Assembly: GCF_003337315.1 (NCBI RefSeq)
Contig: NZ_QPJV01000012.1
Span: 51,247 to 75,246 of the forward strand
Length of the DNA stretch: 24,000 bases
Direction: 5' to 3'
DNA from: Vagococcus fluvialis
GTDB taxonomy: Bacteria; Bacillota; Bacilli; Lactobacillales; Vagococcaceae
Part shown: positions 1 through 8,506 of the stretch, piece after piece
Numbering within the stretch: position 1 is the stretch's first letter
Layout of the letters: the number at the start of each line of letters is the position of its first letter
Position numbers and translations under genes: made by a program
Notes under the pieces: model-generated
The model's input: the letters and a program-made list of their open reading frames with translations, nothing else
Databases searched by the model: none
What the model was told of the DNA's origin: nothing

Positions 1-2
1 AT

Positions 3-932
3 GGTTTAACAAAAAATGTATTTGAAAAAGAAATTCCATTATTTGTTAATGCTGACGTAACTGAAATCACTGAAAAAGACGGACAAGTAACAGGTGTTAA
101 AGTTAACGTTGAAGGTACTGAAAAAGAAGTTAAAAGTAAAGCAGTTGTTGTGACAACTGGTGGCTACGGTGCTAACCCTAAAATGTTAGAAGCAGAAAAA
201 CCTGAATTAAAAGGTTACGTAACAACTAACTCAGATGGTAGTACTGGTGATGGTATTAAGATGATTGAAAAATTAGGTGGTCAAACAGTTGATATGGACC
301 AAATTCAAATTCATCCAACAGTACAACAAGATAAAGGTATTTTAATTGGTGAGGCTGTACGTGGTGAAGGTGGTATTTTAGTATCCCAAGAAGGTAAACG
401 TTTTGTAAACGAAATGGATACACGTGATAATGTATCAGCAGCTGAAAATGCTCTTAAAGAAAAATCATCTTACTTAATCTTTGACTCAGGTGTTAAAGAA
501 CGAGTAAAAGCAATTGATTTCTATGAAAAACAAGGTTTTGTTACAAAAGCTGATTCAGTAGAAGTTTTAGCTAAAGAGCTTAAAATGGATGAAAAAACAT
601 TACAAGAAACAGTAGATACATGGAATAAAGCAGTAGCTGATAAAAAAGATACTGAATTTAAACGCGAAACAGGTATGGACAATGGTTTAGATGGTAAAGA
701 ATTCTATGCTATTAAAATTGCACCAGGTATCCATTACACAATGGGTGGTGTGAAAATTAACACTAAAACAGAGGTTCTAGATAAAGATGGAAAAGCAATT
801 CCTGGACTTTTTGCAGCTGGTGAAGTAACTGGTGGTTTACACGGTGAAAACCGAATTGGTGGTAACTCAGTAGGAGATATTATTGTATTTGGTCGTGAAT
901 CTGGTAAACAATCAGCAGCCTTTGTAAAATAA
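3..932 (+). CDS. FAD-dependent fumarate reductase / flavocytochrome-c-type flavoprotein, C-terminal part (5' end lies outside the window)
   Basis: Frame 3 is open from nt 3 (GLTKNVFEKEIPLF...), so the GTG start at 150 in the ORF track is an artefact of the window edge. The C-terminal motifs IHYTMGGVKIN and GLFAAGEVTGGLHGENRIGGNS...VFGR are typical of soluble succinate dehydrogenase/fumarate reductase-type FAD flavoproteins. Stop is TAA at 930-932. Confidence 0.8.
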   Translation, partial: GLTKNVFEKEIPLFVNADVTEITEKDGQVTGVKVNVEGTEKEVKSKAVVVTTGGYGANPKMLEAEKPELKGYVTTNSDGSTGDGIKMIEKLGGQTVDMDQIQIHPTVQQDKGILIGEAVRGEGGILVSQEGKRFVNEMDTRDNVSAAENALKEKSSYLIFDSGVKERVKAIDFYEKQGFVTKADSVEVLAKELKMDEKTLQETVDTWNKAVADKKDTEFKRETGMDNGLDGKEFYAIKIAPGIHYTMGGVKINTKTEVLDKDGKAIPGLFAAGEVTGGLHGENRIGGNSVGDIIVFGRESGKQSAAFVK

Positions 933-948
933 TAAATGAATGATTGTG

Positions 949-988
949 CTGTGGCATAAGTTATAATACTTATGTCACAGTATTTTTA
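949..988 (+). terminator. Rho-independent terminator downstream of the flavoprotein gene
   Basis: Arm ctgtggcataagt (949-961), loop tataat, arm acttatgtcacag (968-980). The 13-bp stem has one G:U pair and is followed by tattttta. Confidence 0.7.
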
Positions 989-1009
989 TTTAAAAAGGAG
1001 TAGATTAAG

Positions 1010-1309
1010 ATGGACATCACTAATTATTTATTAGTTTGTTTAATGGAAGAAAGTGCTGAAATAGCACAAGCAGCAGCAAAAAGTATTCGCTTTGGTTTAG
1101 ATGATTCTCATCCAGAACGAGTAGGAGAAACTAATGAAGATGACCTACTAGAAGAACTGTATCAGTGTATTGCTGTTGTTGAGATGCTTCAAGAAAATAA
1201 AAATTTAAAAACTTTAACAAATGAAGAGATACAGTGTATTAAGAATAAGAAAAAAGAAAAGATGATAAAATACATGAGTTATTCTAAAGAAAAAGGACAA
1301 TTAAATTAG
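1010..1309 (+). CDS. Small acidic helical protein of unknown function (possible MazG-like NTP-pyrophosphohydrolase fold)
   Basis: SD aaaaggag lies 8 nt upstream of the ATG. The 99-aa product has an EExxE motif (LMEESAEIAQA) and a second acidic helix (DDLLEELYQCIAVVEML), reminiscent of all-alpha MazG-like proteins. The functional call comes from motif resemblance only. Confidence 0.45.
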   Translation: MDITNYLLVCLMEESAEIAQAAAKSIRFGLDDSHPERVGETNEDDLLEELYQCIAVVEMLQENKNLKTLTNEEIQCIKNKKKEKMIKYMSYSKEKGQLN

Positions 1310-1389
1310 TAATTGATTAGTGTCTTTTTCTCTATTTTTTGATACACTATTAATACAGTGTCTTTAATGTATTTGTTAGGAGGAGAAAA

Positions 1390-4209
1390 ATGAAGCGAAT
1401 TGACCGAGTTTATCAATATGTCAAAAGTGAAACTGAAAATTTAAATAGCTCAGAGATAGATAATTTTGTTGGTGTTACCACTAATCAAGTAGCTGAAAAT
1501 TGCAATATTCAGCGTAGCAATGCTAGTAAAGATTTAAATAGTCTTGTTCGTGAAGGGTTGATAGATAAGCTTGATGGCAGACCAGTGCGATATGTCTGTA
1601 AATCTGTCTTTCGTCATAAACCTCTTTCTAAATACGTAGAGAGTTATTTAGAAACAGAGCCCAATGTCAAACCACCTAAAAAAGTTGAGACTTTTACGTC
1701 AGAAGATATATTTAAGCGAGTTGTTGGGGCTTATGGTAGTATGAAAAATTCGACAGAGCAAGCAAAAGCAGCTATTCTTTATCCACCAAAAGGTTTGAAT
1801 TGTTTAATCATTGGCCCAACAGGCTCAGGAAAAACTTTTTTTGCTCATACTATGTTTCAATTTGCCAAAGAAAATCAAGTCATCGATTCTAAAAAGGAAA
1901 TGATTGTCTTTAACTGTGCTGACTATGCCAGTAACCCAGAGTTATTAATGAGTCATTTATTTGGTCATGTAAAGGGAGCTTTTACAGGAGCAGAGCAAGA
2001 AAAAGAAGGTTTGATTAGTTTAGCCAATAATAGTTATTTATTCTTAGATGAAATTCACCGTTTACCTCCAGAAGGACAAGAAATGGTTTTTTATTTTATG
2101 GATAATGGCAGTTACGCTAAATTAGGTGAAACTCAAAAAACGCATCATGCTAATGTACGTATTATTTGTGCCACAACAGAAGACCCAAGTTCATCTCTTT
2201 TAAATACCTTTGTCAGAAGGATACCAATCACTATTCAGTTACCTAATTTTAAGGATCGAACAGCTAAAGAAAAAATTGATTTAGTTAAGATGATGATGGC
2301 TATGGAGGCTAAACGAATCCAAAGAAAAATTATTTTAACAGAAGATGTGATTAAAGCTCTAATTGGTAGTGTGTCATATGGAAATGTGGGGCAATTAAAA
2401 TCTAATGTGCAGCTAGTGACAGCTCAGGCCTTTCTAAATTATATGGATAAAGATGAACTTTATATTTCACTTGATGAATTAAATGAAAATATCAAAGAAG
2501 GTTTAATTACTTTAGCTCATGATAGAGAGGGCATGTCCGAGTTGACATCACAATTAACACCGCAAATTTCAATTTCACCAAATACACCATTAGATATTTT
2601 TGAAGAAGACTCTTATGAGTTGCCATATAACTTATACGAAATTATTGGTGATAAAGCGGCTGTTTTAAAAGAAGATGGTTTAACACAAGATGCCATTAAT
2701 CATTTTATTTCAACAGATATTAATGTTCATTTGAAGTCATTCTATAGAAATCATGGATTTACTTTTGATACAGAAAGTAAATTAACAGAAATTATTGATG
2801 AGCGAATATTAAATACGACTAGAAAAATATATGAGTATGCCAAAGAAGCTCTAGACTATGATTTTCAGACGAACTTTTTATATGCAATGGGATTTCATAT
2901 TAGCTCTTTCTTGAACCGTTTGAAAAATGAAAAAGATACGGTGCACGCCAATAACGAAAATATCCAAAACATGGTAGCACACTACCCAGAAGAGATGAAG
3001 GTAGCTCAAGTTTTTAAAGAAATCATTGAAGAGGATTATCATGTGAAAGTTCCAGACTCTGAAGTTCAATACTTAACTGTATTACTCGTTTCCCTTAGAG
3101 AGAGTAAGGCTGATGGCAGAATTGGAATAGTTGTTGCCGCTCATGGTAATTCAACAGCAACAAGCATGGCACAAGTAGTGACTCAACTATTAAAAGTGGA
3201 CAATCTAAGAGCTGTTGATATGCCTCTAGAGATGAAACCAAAAGAAGCTTTTGAAAAAATAGTTGATGAAGTTGTTGCTGTTGACGAGGGGAGTGGTGTC
3301 ATGCTACTTGTTGACATGGGGTCTCTTAGTACGTTTTCAGATGATTTGAAAACAAGAACAGGTATAGAAGTCAAAACCATTGATATGGTAACAACTGCTG
3401 TGGTTCTTGAAGCTGCCAGAAAATCTAGTTTATTAGATACAAGTTTGACAGATTTACACCATTCGATTCTTGATTTCCATGGTTATACAATGGGAGACAA
3501 GGAAGAAGTTGAGATTAAAGAAACTCACTTTTCAAAAGAAAAGGCAATTGTTGCTATATGTGCCTCTGGAAAAGGAACTGCTCAACGAATGAAGGAGTTA
3601 ATAGATAAGTATTTGTTATCTCATCTTGAAGAAGATATTCACGTTTTGCCGATTTCAGTAGTAGAGATGCATGCAAAGATAAAAAGTATTCAGGAAGATT
3701 ACCATATAATAGCTACAACAGGTATTAAGGATCCAAAAATAGAGTCACCGTTTATTTCTATGGATCTTTTATTTTCGAGTGAAGGTTCACAAGTTTTAGA
3801 AAAAGTTATTTTTGATGATTTCGAAGAAGTTACCTCAGAGTTATCTTTAGAAAAAGCTCAAACTCTTTGTTATGACTATTTAAAAGATAGTTTTACGTTT
3901 ATTAATCCGGATAAATTAATGCATCCTTTATGGGATTTTGTTACAAAAGTTTGTCAGTTAAGTCAGCTACCTACGAATGAAACATTTTATATTAATCTTT
4001 GCTTACACACAGCAGGAGCTATTGAAAGAGAACTTAGAAGTGATACCTTATCAACAGAAATAACAGAATTGCAGCAAATGAAAACTAATCCATTGTACCT
4101 ATCCATTGAACCTGCCTATGAGTTATTAAAGGATACCTTACAAATCGAGTTTTCAGATAGCGAGAAATTTTTTATTCTAAAAATTGTTGAAAATGAATTA
4201 AATAAATAA
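1390..4209 (+). CDS. mptR: Sigma-54-dependent LevR/ManR-type transcriptional activator (HTH, AAA+, PRD, EIIA-Man-like, EIIB-Gat-like, PRD)
   Basis: SD taggaggag precedes the start. Walker A is GPTGSGKT and the sigma-54 contact loop is GAFTGA (HVKGAFTGAEQ). An EIIA-Man-like segment IGIVVAAHGNSTATSMA carries the His, and an EIIB-Gat-like segment AIVAICASGKGTAQRM carries the Cys. PRD-like helices with conserved His are present (GFHISSFLNRL; LCLHTAGAIERE). The gene lies directly upstream of a -24/-12 promoter and a Man-family PTS operon. Confidence 0.93.
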   Translation: MKRIDRVYQYVKSETENLNSSEIDNFVGVTTNQVAENCNIQRSNASKDLNSLVREGLIDKLDGRPVRYVCKSVFRHKPLSKYVESYLETEPNVKPPKKVETFTSEDIFKRVVGAYGSMKNSTEQAKAAILYPPKGLNCLIIGPTGSGKTFFAHTMFQFAKENQVIDSKKEMIVFNCADYASNPELLMSHLFGHVKGAFTGAEQEKEGLISLANNSYLFLDEIHRLPPEGQEMVFYFMDNGSYAKLGETQKTHHANVRIICATTEDPSSSLLNTFVRRIPITIQLPNFKDRTAKEKIDLVKMMMAMEAKRIQRKIILTEDVIKALIGSVSYGNVGQLKSNVQLVTAQAFLNYMDKDELYISLDELNENIKEGLITLAHDREGMSELTSQLTPQISISPNTPLDIFEEDSYELPYNLYEIIGDKAAVLKEDGLTQDAINHFISTDINVHLKSFYRNHGFTFDTESKLTEIIDERILNTTRKIYEYAKEALDYDFQTNFLYAMGFHISSFLNRLKNEKDTVHANNENIQNMVAHYPEEMKVAQVFKEIIEEDYHVKVPDSEVQYLTVLLVSLRESKADGRIGIVVAAHGNSTATSMAQVVTQLLKVDNLRAVDMPLEMKPKEAFEKIVDEVVAVDEGSGVMLLVDMGSLSTFSDDLKTRTGIEVKTIDMVTTAVVLEAARKSSLLDTSLTDLHHSILDFHGYTMGDKEEVEIKETHFSKEKAIVAICASGKGTAQRMKELIDKYLLSHLEEDIHVLPISVVEMHAKIKSIQEDYHIIATTGIKDPKIESPFISMDLLFSSEGSQVLEKVIFDDFEEVTSELSLEKAQTLCYDYLKDSFTFINPDKLMHPLWDFVTKVCQLSQLPTNETFYINLCLHTAGAIERELRSDTLSTEITELQQMKTNPLYLSIEPAYELLKDTLQIEFSDSEKFFILKIVENELNK

Positions 4210-4218
4210 TGACTTATA

Positions 4219-4275
4219 ATACAGTAACAATACACATGTTCAGGGTGAATAGTGTATTGTTACTGTATTTTTTTT
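4219..4275 (+). terminator. Rho-independent terminator of mptR
   Basis: Perfect 17-bp stem, atacagtaacaatacac (4219-4235) pairing with gtgtattgttactgtat (4252-4268), running into 8 T (4268-4275). Confidence 0.9.
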
Positions 4276-4350
4276 AGTGTATTCCGTATTGTGTTCTTAT
4301 TAAACCTTGCTATATATAGGTTTGGAAAATATAAAGGATGATGAGAAAGT

Positions 4351-4366
4351 TGGCACGGAAATTGCT
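4351..4366 (+). promoter_or_regulatory. Sigma-54 (-24/-12) promoter of the mpt operon
   Basis: TGGCAC (4351-4356), GGAAA, then TTGCT (4362-4366). This matches the consensus TGGCAC-N5-TTGCW exactly. It sits 74 nt upstream of the mptB ATG and downstream of the mptR terminator. Confidence 0.92.
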
Positions 4367-4439
4367 TATAATATTGTATAGAAGCAAAAGTGTTTTTTTA
4401 GTATGTATTCTTTAAGAGATGGTTTAGGAGGTTTTTTAT

Positions 4440-4937
4440 ATGAGCATAGACATACGTCTGGCACGTATAGATGATCGCTTAATTCATGGACAGGTTACAA
4501 CAGCTTGGTCTAAGCAAATGGACATTAATAGAATTTTAGTCATTAGTGATGAAGCAGCAAATAATCCGATGAGAAAAATTTTATTAAAACAAGCTGCACC
4601 CTCAGGTATTAATGTCAATGTTTTAAGTGTTTCAAGAATGATGGAAGTTGCTCAAAGTCATATTTTAGAAGGTGAAAAGTTAGCTCTTTTATTTACAAGT
4701 CCAGTTGATGTTGAGGCTTTAGTTAGAAGTGGACTTCAAATTTCTTCTATTAATATAGGCGGAATGAGTTTTTCTTCTGGTAAACAAATGGTAACTAATT
4801 TCGTTTCAGTAGATGACCGAGATATTGAAGCCTTTGTTTTTCTAGATGAACAAGGCATTGAACTTGAAATTAGAAAAGTACCTGCAGATCATAAGACCAA
4901 CTTAATGGAAGTATTAAAAAAGCAAAACTTCTTATAG
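4440..4937 (+). CDS. mptB: Stand-alone PTS mannose-family EIIB
   Basis: SD aggagg precedes the start. The N-terminal sequence IRLARIDDRLIHGQVTTAWSK contains the phosphorylatable-His motif of EIIB-Man. The protein is paralogous to the C-terminal half of the next gene. Confidence 0.88.
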   Translation: MSIDIRLARIDDRLIHGQVTTAWSKQMDINRILVISDEAANNPMRKILLKQAAPSGINVNVLSVSRMMEVAQSHILEGEKLALLFTSPVDVEALVRSGLQISSINIGGMSFSSGKQMVTNFVSVDDRDIEAFVFLDEQGIELEIRKVPADHKTNLMEVLKKQNFL

Positions 4938-5012
4938 CTTTAAAGAAGTTTTCTACTATTATAGTAGGAAAGATCTTTTAAGATAAATAATAAAAAGGTA
5001 GGAGGTAAAAGA

Positions 5013-5978
5013 ATGGTAGGAATTATCCTAGCAAGTCACGGTGAATTTGCGACTGGTGTTTTACAATCAGCTTCAATGATTTTTGGCGAGCAAGAAAATG
5101 TAGCAGCTGTTACATTAATGCCTTCAGAAGGACCAGAAGATGTTAAACGTAAAATGGAAGAAGCAATCAGTAGCTTTGACAATCAAGATGAAGTATTATT
5201 CTTAGTTGATTTATGGGGTGGTACTCCGTTTAATCAAGCAAGTAGTTTACTTGAAGGACATAAAGACAACTGGGCAATCGTTGCAGGTATGAATTTACCA
5301 ATGATTATTGAGTCATATGCATCTCGTTTTTCAATGGAAAGTGCGCATGATATAGCAAAACATGTTTTAGCAACAGCTAAAGAGGGTGTTAAAGTAATGC
5401 CTGAAGAGTTAGAGCCAGCCGTAGTTGAAACTGCAGCCAGTGAAACAGTAAATGCAGGTCGTCCTGGTAAATTAGAGTATGTATTAGCACGTATTGATTC
5501 ACGTCTTTTACATGGACAAGTAGCAACAGCTTGGACTAAAACAACAGGTCCAACACGTATCATCGTTGTTTCAGATGCTGTAGCAAAAGATGAATTACGT
5601 AAAAAATTAATTGAGCAAGCAGCTCCTCCTGGGGTAAAAGCTCACGTTGTGCCAATTGATCATATGATTAAATTAGCTAAAGACGAAGATCATTTCGGTG
5701 GTCAAAAAGCATTATTATTATTTGAAACACCTCAAGATGTATTAAAAGCTGTTCAAGGCGGTGTACCGTTATCAACAGTTAACGTTGGATCAATGGCTCA
5801 CTCAACAGGTAAAGTACAACCTAATAAAGTGTTAGCATTTGACCAAAATGATATTGATACATTTAAAGAGTTAAAAGACTCAGGTATTTCTTTTGACGTT
5901 CGTAAAGTACCAAATGACTCAAAAGGTAATATGGAAGAGATTCTTAAAAAAGCACAAGAAGAAATTAATAAGCACTAA
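5013..5978 (+). CDS. mptA: PTS mannose-family EIIAB
   Basis: SD taggagg precedes the start. The EIIA part begins MVGIILASHGEFA (His in SHG), followed by an Ala/Pro/Glu-rich linker (EELEPAVVETAASE). The EIIB part is LARIDSRLLHGQVATAWTK. Confidence 0.93.
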   Translation: MVGIILASHGEFATGVLQSASMIFGEQENVAAVTLMPSEGPEDVKRKMEEAISSFDNQDEVLFLVDLWGGTPFNQASSLLEGHKDNWAIVAGMNLPMIIESYASRFSMESAHDIAKHVLATAKEGVKVMPEELEPAVVETAASETVNAGRPGKLEYVLARIDSRLLHGQVATAWTKTTGPTRIIVVSDAVAKDELRKKLIEQAAPPGVKAHVVPIDHMIKLAKDEDHFGGQKALLLFETPQDVLKAVQGGVPLSTVNVGSMAHSTGKVQPNKVLAFDQNDIDTFKELKDSGISFDVRKVPNDSKGNMEEILKKAQEEINKH

Positions 5979-6013
5979 TTTTTTATTACAAAAGGAATGG
6001 AGGAATTATTACC

Positions 6014-6820
6014 ATGGATTTAAATTTTATTCAAATAATCTTAGTGATTATCGTGGCATTTTTAGCTGGTGTTGAAGGTATTCTTGACCAATTTCATTTC
6101 CATCAACCAGTTATTGCCTGTACGTTAATCGGTTTAGTAACAGGAAACTTAATCCCTTGTCTTATTTTAGGTGGTACACTACAAATGATCGCTCTTGGTT
6201 GGGCTAACATTGGTGCTGCCGTAGCACCTGACGCTGCATTAGCATCAGTTGCATCTGCCATTATTTTAGTTTTAGGTGGACAAGGGGAAGCTGGGGTATC
6301 ATCAGCAATCGCAATCGCTGTACCTTTAGCTGTAGCAGGTCTTTTATTAACAATTATCGGACGTACATTAGCAACTGCCTTCGTACATTTAATGGATGCA
6401 GCAGCAGCTGAGGGAAATATTAGAAAAGTTGAAATGTGGCACTTATTAGCTATCGTTATGCAAGGTCTACGTATTGCGATTCCTGCTGGATTAATCTTAG
6501 CTGTTGGAGCTGGACCAGTAAGTAGTTTATTAGAGTCTATGCCAGTTTGGTTAACAGACGGTTTAGCAATTGGTGGTGGAATGGTAGTAGCTGTAGGTTA
6601 TGCTATGGTTATTAACATGATGGCAACAAGAGAAGTATGGCCATTCTTTGCAATTGGTTTTGTATTAGCAACAGTATCAGAAATTACATTAATGGGACTT
6701 GGTGCAATCGGTCTTGCTTTAGCGTTAATCTACTTAGCGTTATCAAAACAAGGTGGATCAGGTAACGGTGGTGGCTCAAATACAGGAGATCCTGTAGGCG
6801 ACATCATCGATAACTATTAG
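6014..6820 (+). CDS. mptC: PTS mannose-family EIIC
   Basis: SD atggagg precedes the start. The 268-aa polytopic hydrophobic protein has a Gly-rich C-terminal tail (GGSGNGGGSNTGDP). It sits between EIIAB and EIID, as in manXYZ/manLMN operons. Confidence 0.9.
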   Translation: MDLNFIQIILVIIVAFLAGVEGILDQFHFHQPVIACTLIGLVTGNLIPCLILGGTLQMIALGWANIGAAVAPDAALASVASAIILVLGGQGEAGVSSAIAIAVPLAVAGLLLTIIGRTLATAFVHLMDAAAAEGNIRKVEMWHLLAIVMQGLRIAIPAGLILAVGAGPVSSLLESMPVWLTDGLAIGGGMVVAVGYAMVINMMATREVWPFFAIGFVLATVSEITLMGLGAIGLALALIYLALSKQGGSGNGGGSNTGDPVGDIIDNY

Positions 6821-6840
6821 GAAAGGAGCGAACTTTAAAA

Positions 6841-7755
6841 ATGTCAGAAAAAAGAATTGAATTAACGAAAAAAGATAGAATTTCGATTTGGTTACGTTCA
6901 ACTTTCCTACAAGGTTCTTGGAACTATGAGCGTATGCAAAATGGTGGTTGGGCATATACAATGATCCCAGCAATTAAACGTTTATACACAACTAAAGAGG
7001 ATCAAACTGCAGCCTTAACTCGTCACTTAGAGTTCTTTAATACACATCCATACGTAGCTTCTCCAATTATTGGGGTAACTTTAGCTCTTGAAGAAGAGCG
7101 TGCTAATGGAGCGCCTGTTGATGATGTAGCAATTCAAGGGGTTAAAGTTGGTATGATGGGTCCTTTAGCCGGTATCGGTGACCCTGTGTTCTGGTTTACA
7201 GTTAAACCAATCTTAGGAGCTTTAGCAGCTTCACTTGCAATGGCAGGAAATATCTTAGGGCCAATTATTTACTTTGTAGCTTGGAATGCGATTCGTATGG
7301 CATTCACTTGGTACACACAAGAATTTGGTTACAAAGCAGGATCTAGAATTACTGATGACTTATCAGGTGGTATCTTACAAGATATTACTAAGGGAGCTTC
7401 AATCTTAGGTATGTTCATACTGGGATCCCTTGTAAATAGATGGGTGTCCATCGGATTTGCGCCAACGGTTTCAGAAGTTAAATTATCTGAGGGAGCATTT
7501 ATCGAATGGGATAAATTACCTGAAGGTGCAGCTGGAATCAAACAAGCTTTACTTGATCAAGGTGCAGGTCTTTCTTTAACTGATACTAAAGTAACAACAT
7601 TACAAGATAACTTAGATAGCTTAATTCCAGGATTAGCTGGTTTACTATTAACTTTATTCTGTATGTGGTTACTGAAGAAAAAAGTATCTCCAATTGTGAT
7701 TATCTTAGGATTATTCGCAGCTGGTATCGTATTACATTTATTAGGAATTATGTAA
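6841..7755 (+). CDS. mptD: PTS mannose-family EIID
   Basis: SD aaaggag precedes the start. The N-terminal sequence LTKKDRISIWLRSTFLQGSWNYERMQNGGWAY is the hallmark start of ManZ/ManN-type EIID. The product is 304 aa, with the longer Firmicute-type segment before the last transmembrane helices. Confidence 0.93.
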   Translation: MSEKRIELTKKDRISIWLRSTFLQGSWNYERMQNGGWAYTMIPAIKRLYTTKEDQTAALTRHLEFFNTHPYVASPIIGVTLALEEERANGAPVDDVAIQGVKVGMMGPLAGIGDPVFWFTVKPILGALAASLAMAGNILGPIIYFVAWNAIRMAFTWYTQEFGYKAGSRITDDLSGGILQDITKGASILGMFILGSLVNRWVSIGFAPTVSEVKLSEGAFIEWDKLPEGAAGIKQALLDQGAGLSLTDTKVTTLQDNLDSLIPGLAGLLLTLFCMWLLKKKVSPIVIILGLFAAGIVLHLLGIM

Positions 7756-7776
7756 TTCTTACTTAAAACTTTAAAG

Positions 7777-7813
7777 GAGCTGTGACAAAAGTAAGTCACA
7801 GCTCTTTATTTTT
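7777..7813 (+). terminator. Rho-independent terminator after mptD
   Basis: Arm gagctgtgac (7777-7786), loop aaaagtaa, arm gtcacagctc (7795-7804), followed by tttattttt. Confidence 0.85.
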
Positions 7814-7849
7814 CGAATATCTGGTTGTAATCTCTTTTATTAAAAATTG

Positions 7850-7863
7850 TGTTACAATATAAT
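7850..7863 (+). promoter_or_regulatory. Possible extended -10 promoter for manO
   Basis: TGtTACAAT (7850-7858) overlaps TATAAT (7858-7863), about 30 nt upstream of the manO ATG. There is no good -35; the nearest candidate, TTGTAA at 7825-7830, is 22 nt away. Confidence 0.35.
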
Positions 7864-7892
7864 TATTAAATTAAGAAATAGGAGTTAATCTT

Positions 7893-8267
7893 ATGGTTCA
7901 ATCACTTAATACAAAAGTAGATTTAGTTGAAAAAGCCACTTCTTTTTTAGGATTTACCGATTATGGGAAAATTATGATTGGTGATAAAGGGTTTGAATTT
8001 TACGATGATCGTAAAGCTAAAAATTTTATTCAAATCCCTTGGGAAGAAATTGATTGTGTGATTACCTCAGTCATGTTCAAAGGTAAATGGATACCTAGGT
8101 TCGCTGTAAAAACTAAAAGAGATGGTACATTTACTTTCTCTGCTAAAGACCCTAAAAAAGTGCTACGTGGTATGCGTGAATACATTGGTTCTGAAAAAAT
8201 CGTTCGTTCGTTAAGTTTTTTTCAAGTGATTAAACGAGGTGTCACAAAACCATTTATTAAAAAATGA
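7893..8267 (+). CDS. manO: ManO-type DUF956 protein (conserved partner of Firmicute Man-PTS operons, function unknown)
   Basis: SD taggag precedes the start. The 124-aa product (MVQSLNTKVDLV...GKIMIGDKGFEFYDDRK...IPWEEID) matches my recollection of ManO/MptO, which is encoded directly after EIID in lactic acid bacteria and Listeria. Confidence 0.8.
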   Translation: MVQSLNTKVDLVEKATSFLGFTDYGKIMIGDKGFEFYDDRKAKNFIQIPWEEIDCVITSVMFKGKWIPRFAVKTKRDGTFTFSAKDPKKVLRGMREYIGSEKIVRSLSFFQVIKRGVTKPFIKK

Positions 8268-8270
8268 TGA

Positions 8271-8305
8271 AAAACCGTCTTTTGTTAAAAGGTGGTTTTT
8301 TTATT
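8271..8305 (+). terminator. Rho-independent terminator after manO
   Basis: Arm accgtctttt (8274-8283), loop gtt, arm aaaaggtggt (8287-8296). The 10-bp stem includes two G:U pairs and is followed by tttttttatttt. Confidence 0.7.
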
Positions 8306-8506
8306 TTGTTTATTTTTTACATTTTTAAGTATTTCTTCTAAAAAAGCTATGAATACGATTACTTTAAGGCGAAAAAAAGTCTTAACATTCGGTTTTTACA
8401 AAAAAGTAAGTAAATAATAGTTGCAATATGATGAGTTTTAATATACTATTATGAGTATATTTTAATTTAGTTCTAATTTTTCTAAGAAATATAAGGGGGA
8501 ATTTTA

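Noticed and set aside
2878-3380. Two antisense ORFs (2878-3069 and 3183-3380, minus strand) inside mptR
   Set aside because: Both are fully nested in a well-supported 939-aa gene. They have no SD and low-complexity or odd composition. They are typical shadow ORFs of AT-rich DNA.
5234-6075. Antisense ORF 5234-5563 and overlapping plus-strand ORF 5893-6075
   Set aside because: They are nested in or overlap mptA and the mptA-mptC junction in other frames. They have no translation signals, and the EIIAB and EIIC frames explain the region.
6437-6451. A second TGGCAC (possible sigma-54 -24 element) inside mptC
   Set aside because: The -12 position reads AGCT instead of TTGC. The site lies in the middle of a coding region with no downstream gene start.
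6776-7799. Minus-strand ORFs 6776-6973, 7329-7541 and 7557-7799
   Set aside because: They are antisense to mptC/mptD. There is no SD, and the products are not protein-like (Ser/Pro/Asn-rich shadows).
8475-8490. CodY-box-like sequence AATTTTTCTAAGAAAT just upstream of the oppA SD
   Set aside because: It has about 4 mismatches to AATTTTCWGAAAATT in very AT-rich DNA, so I cannot distinguish it from background without a weight-matrix scan. CodY control of opp is plausible but is not supported by this sequence alone.
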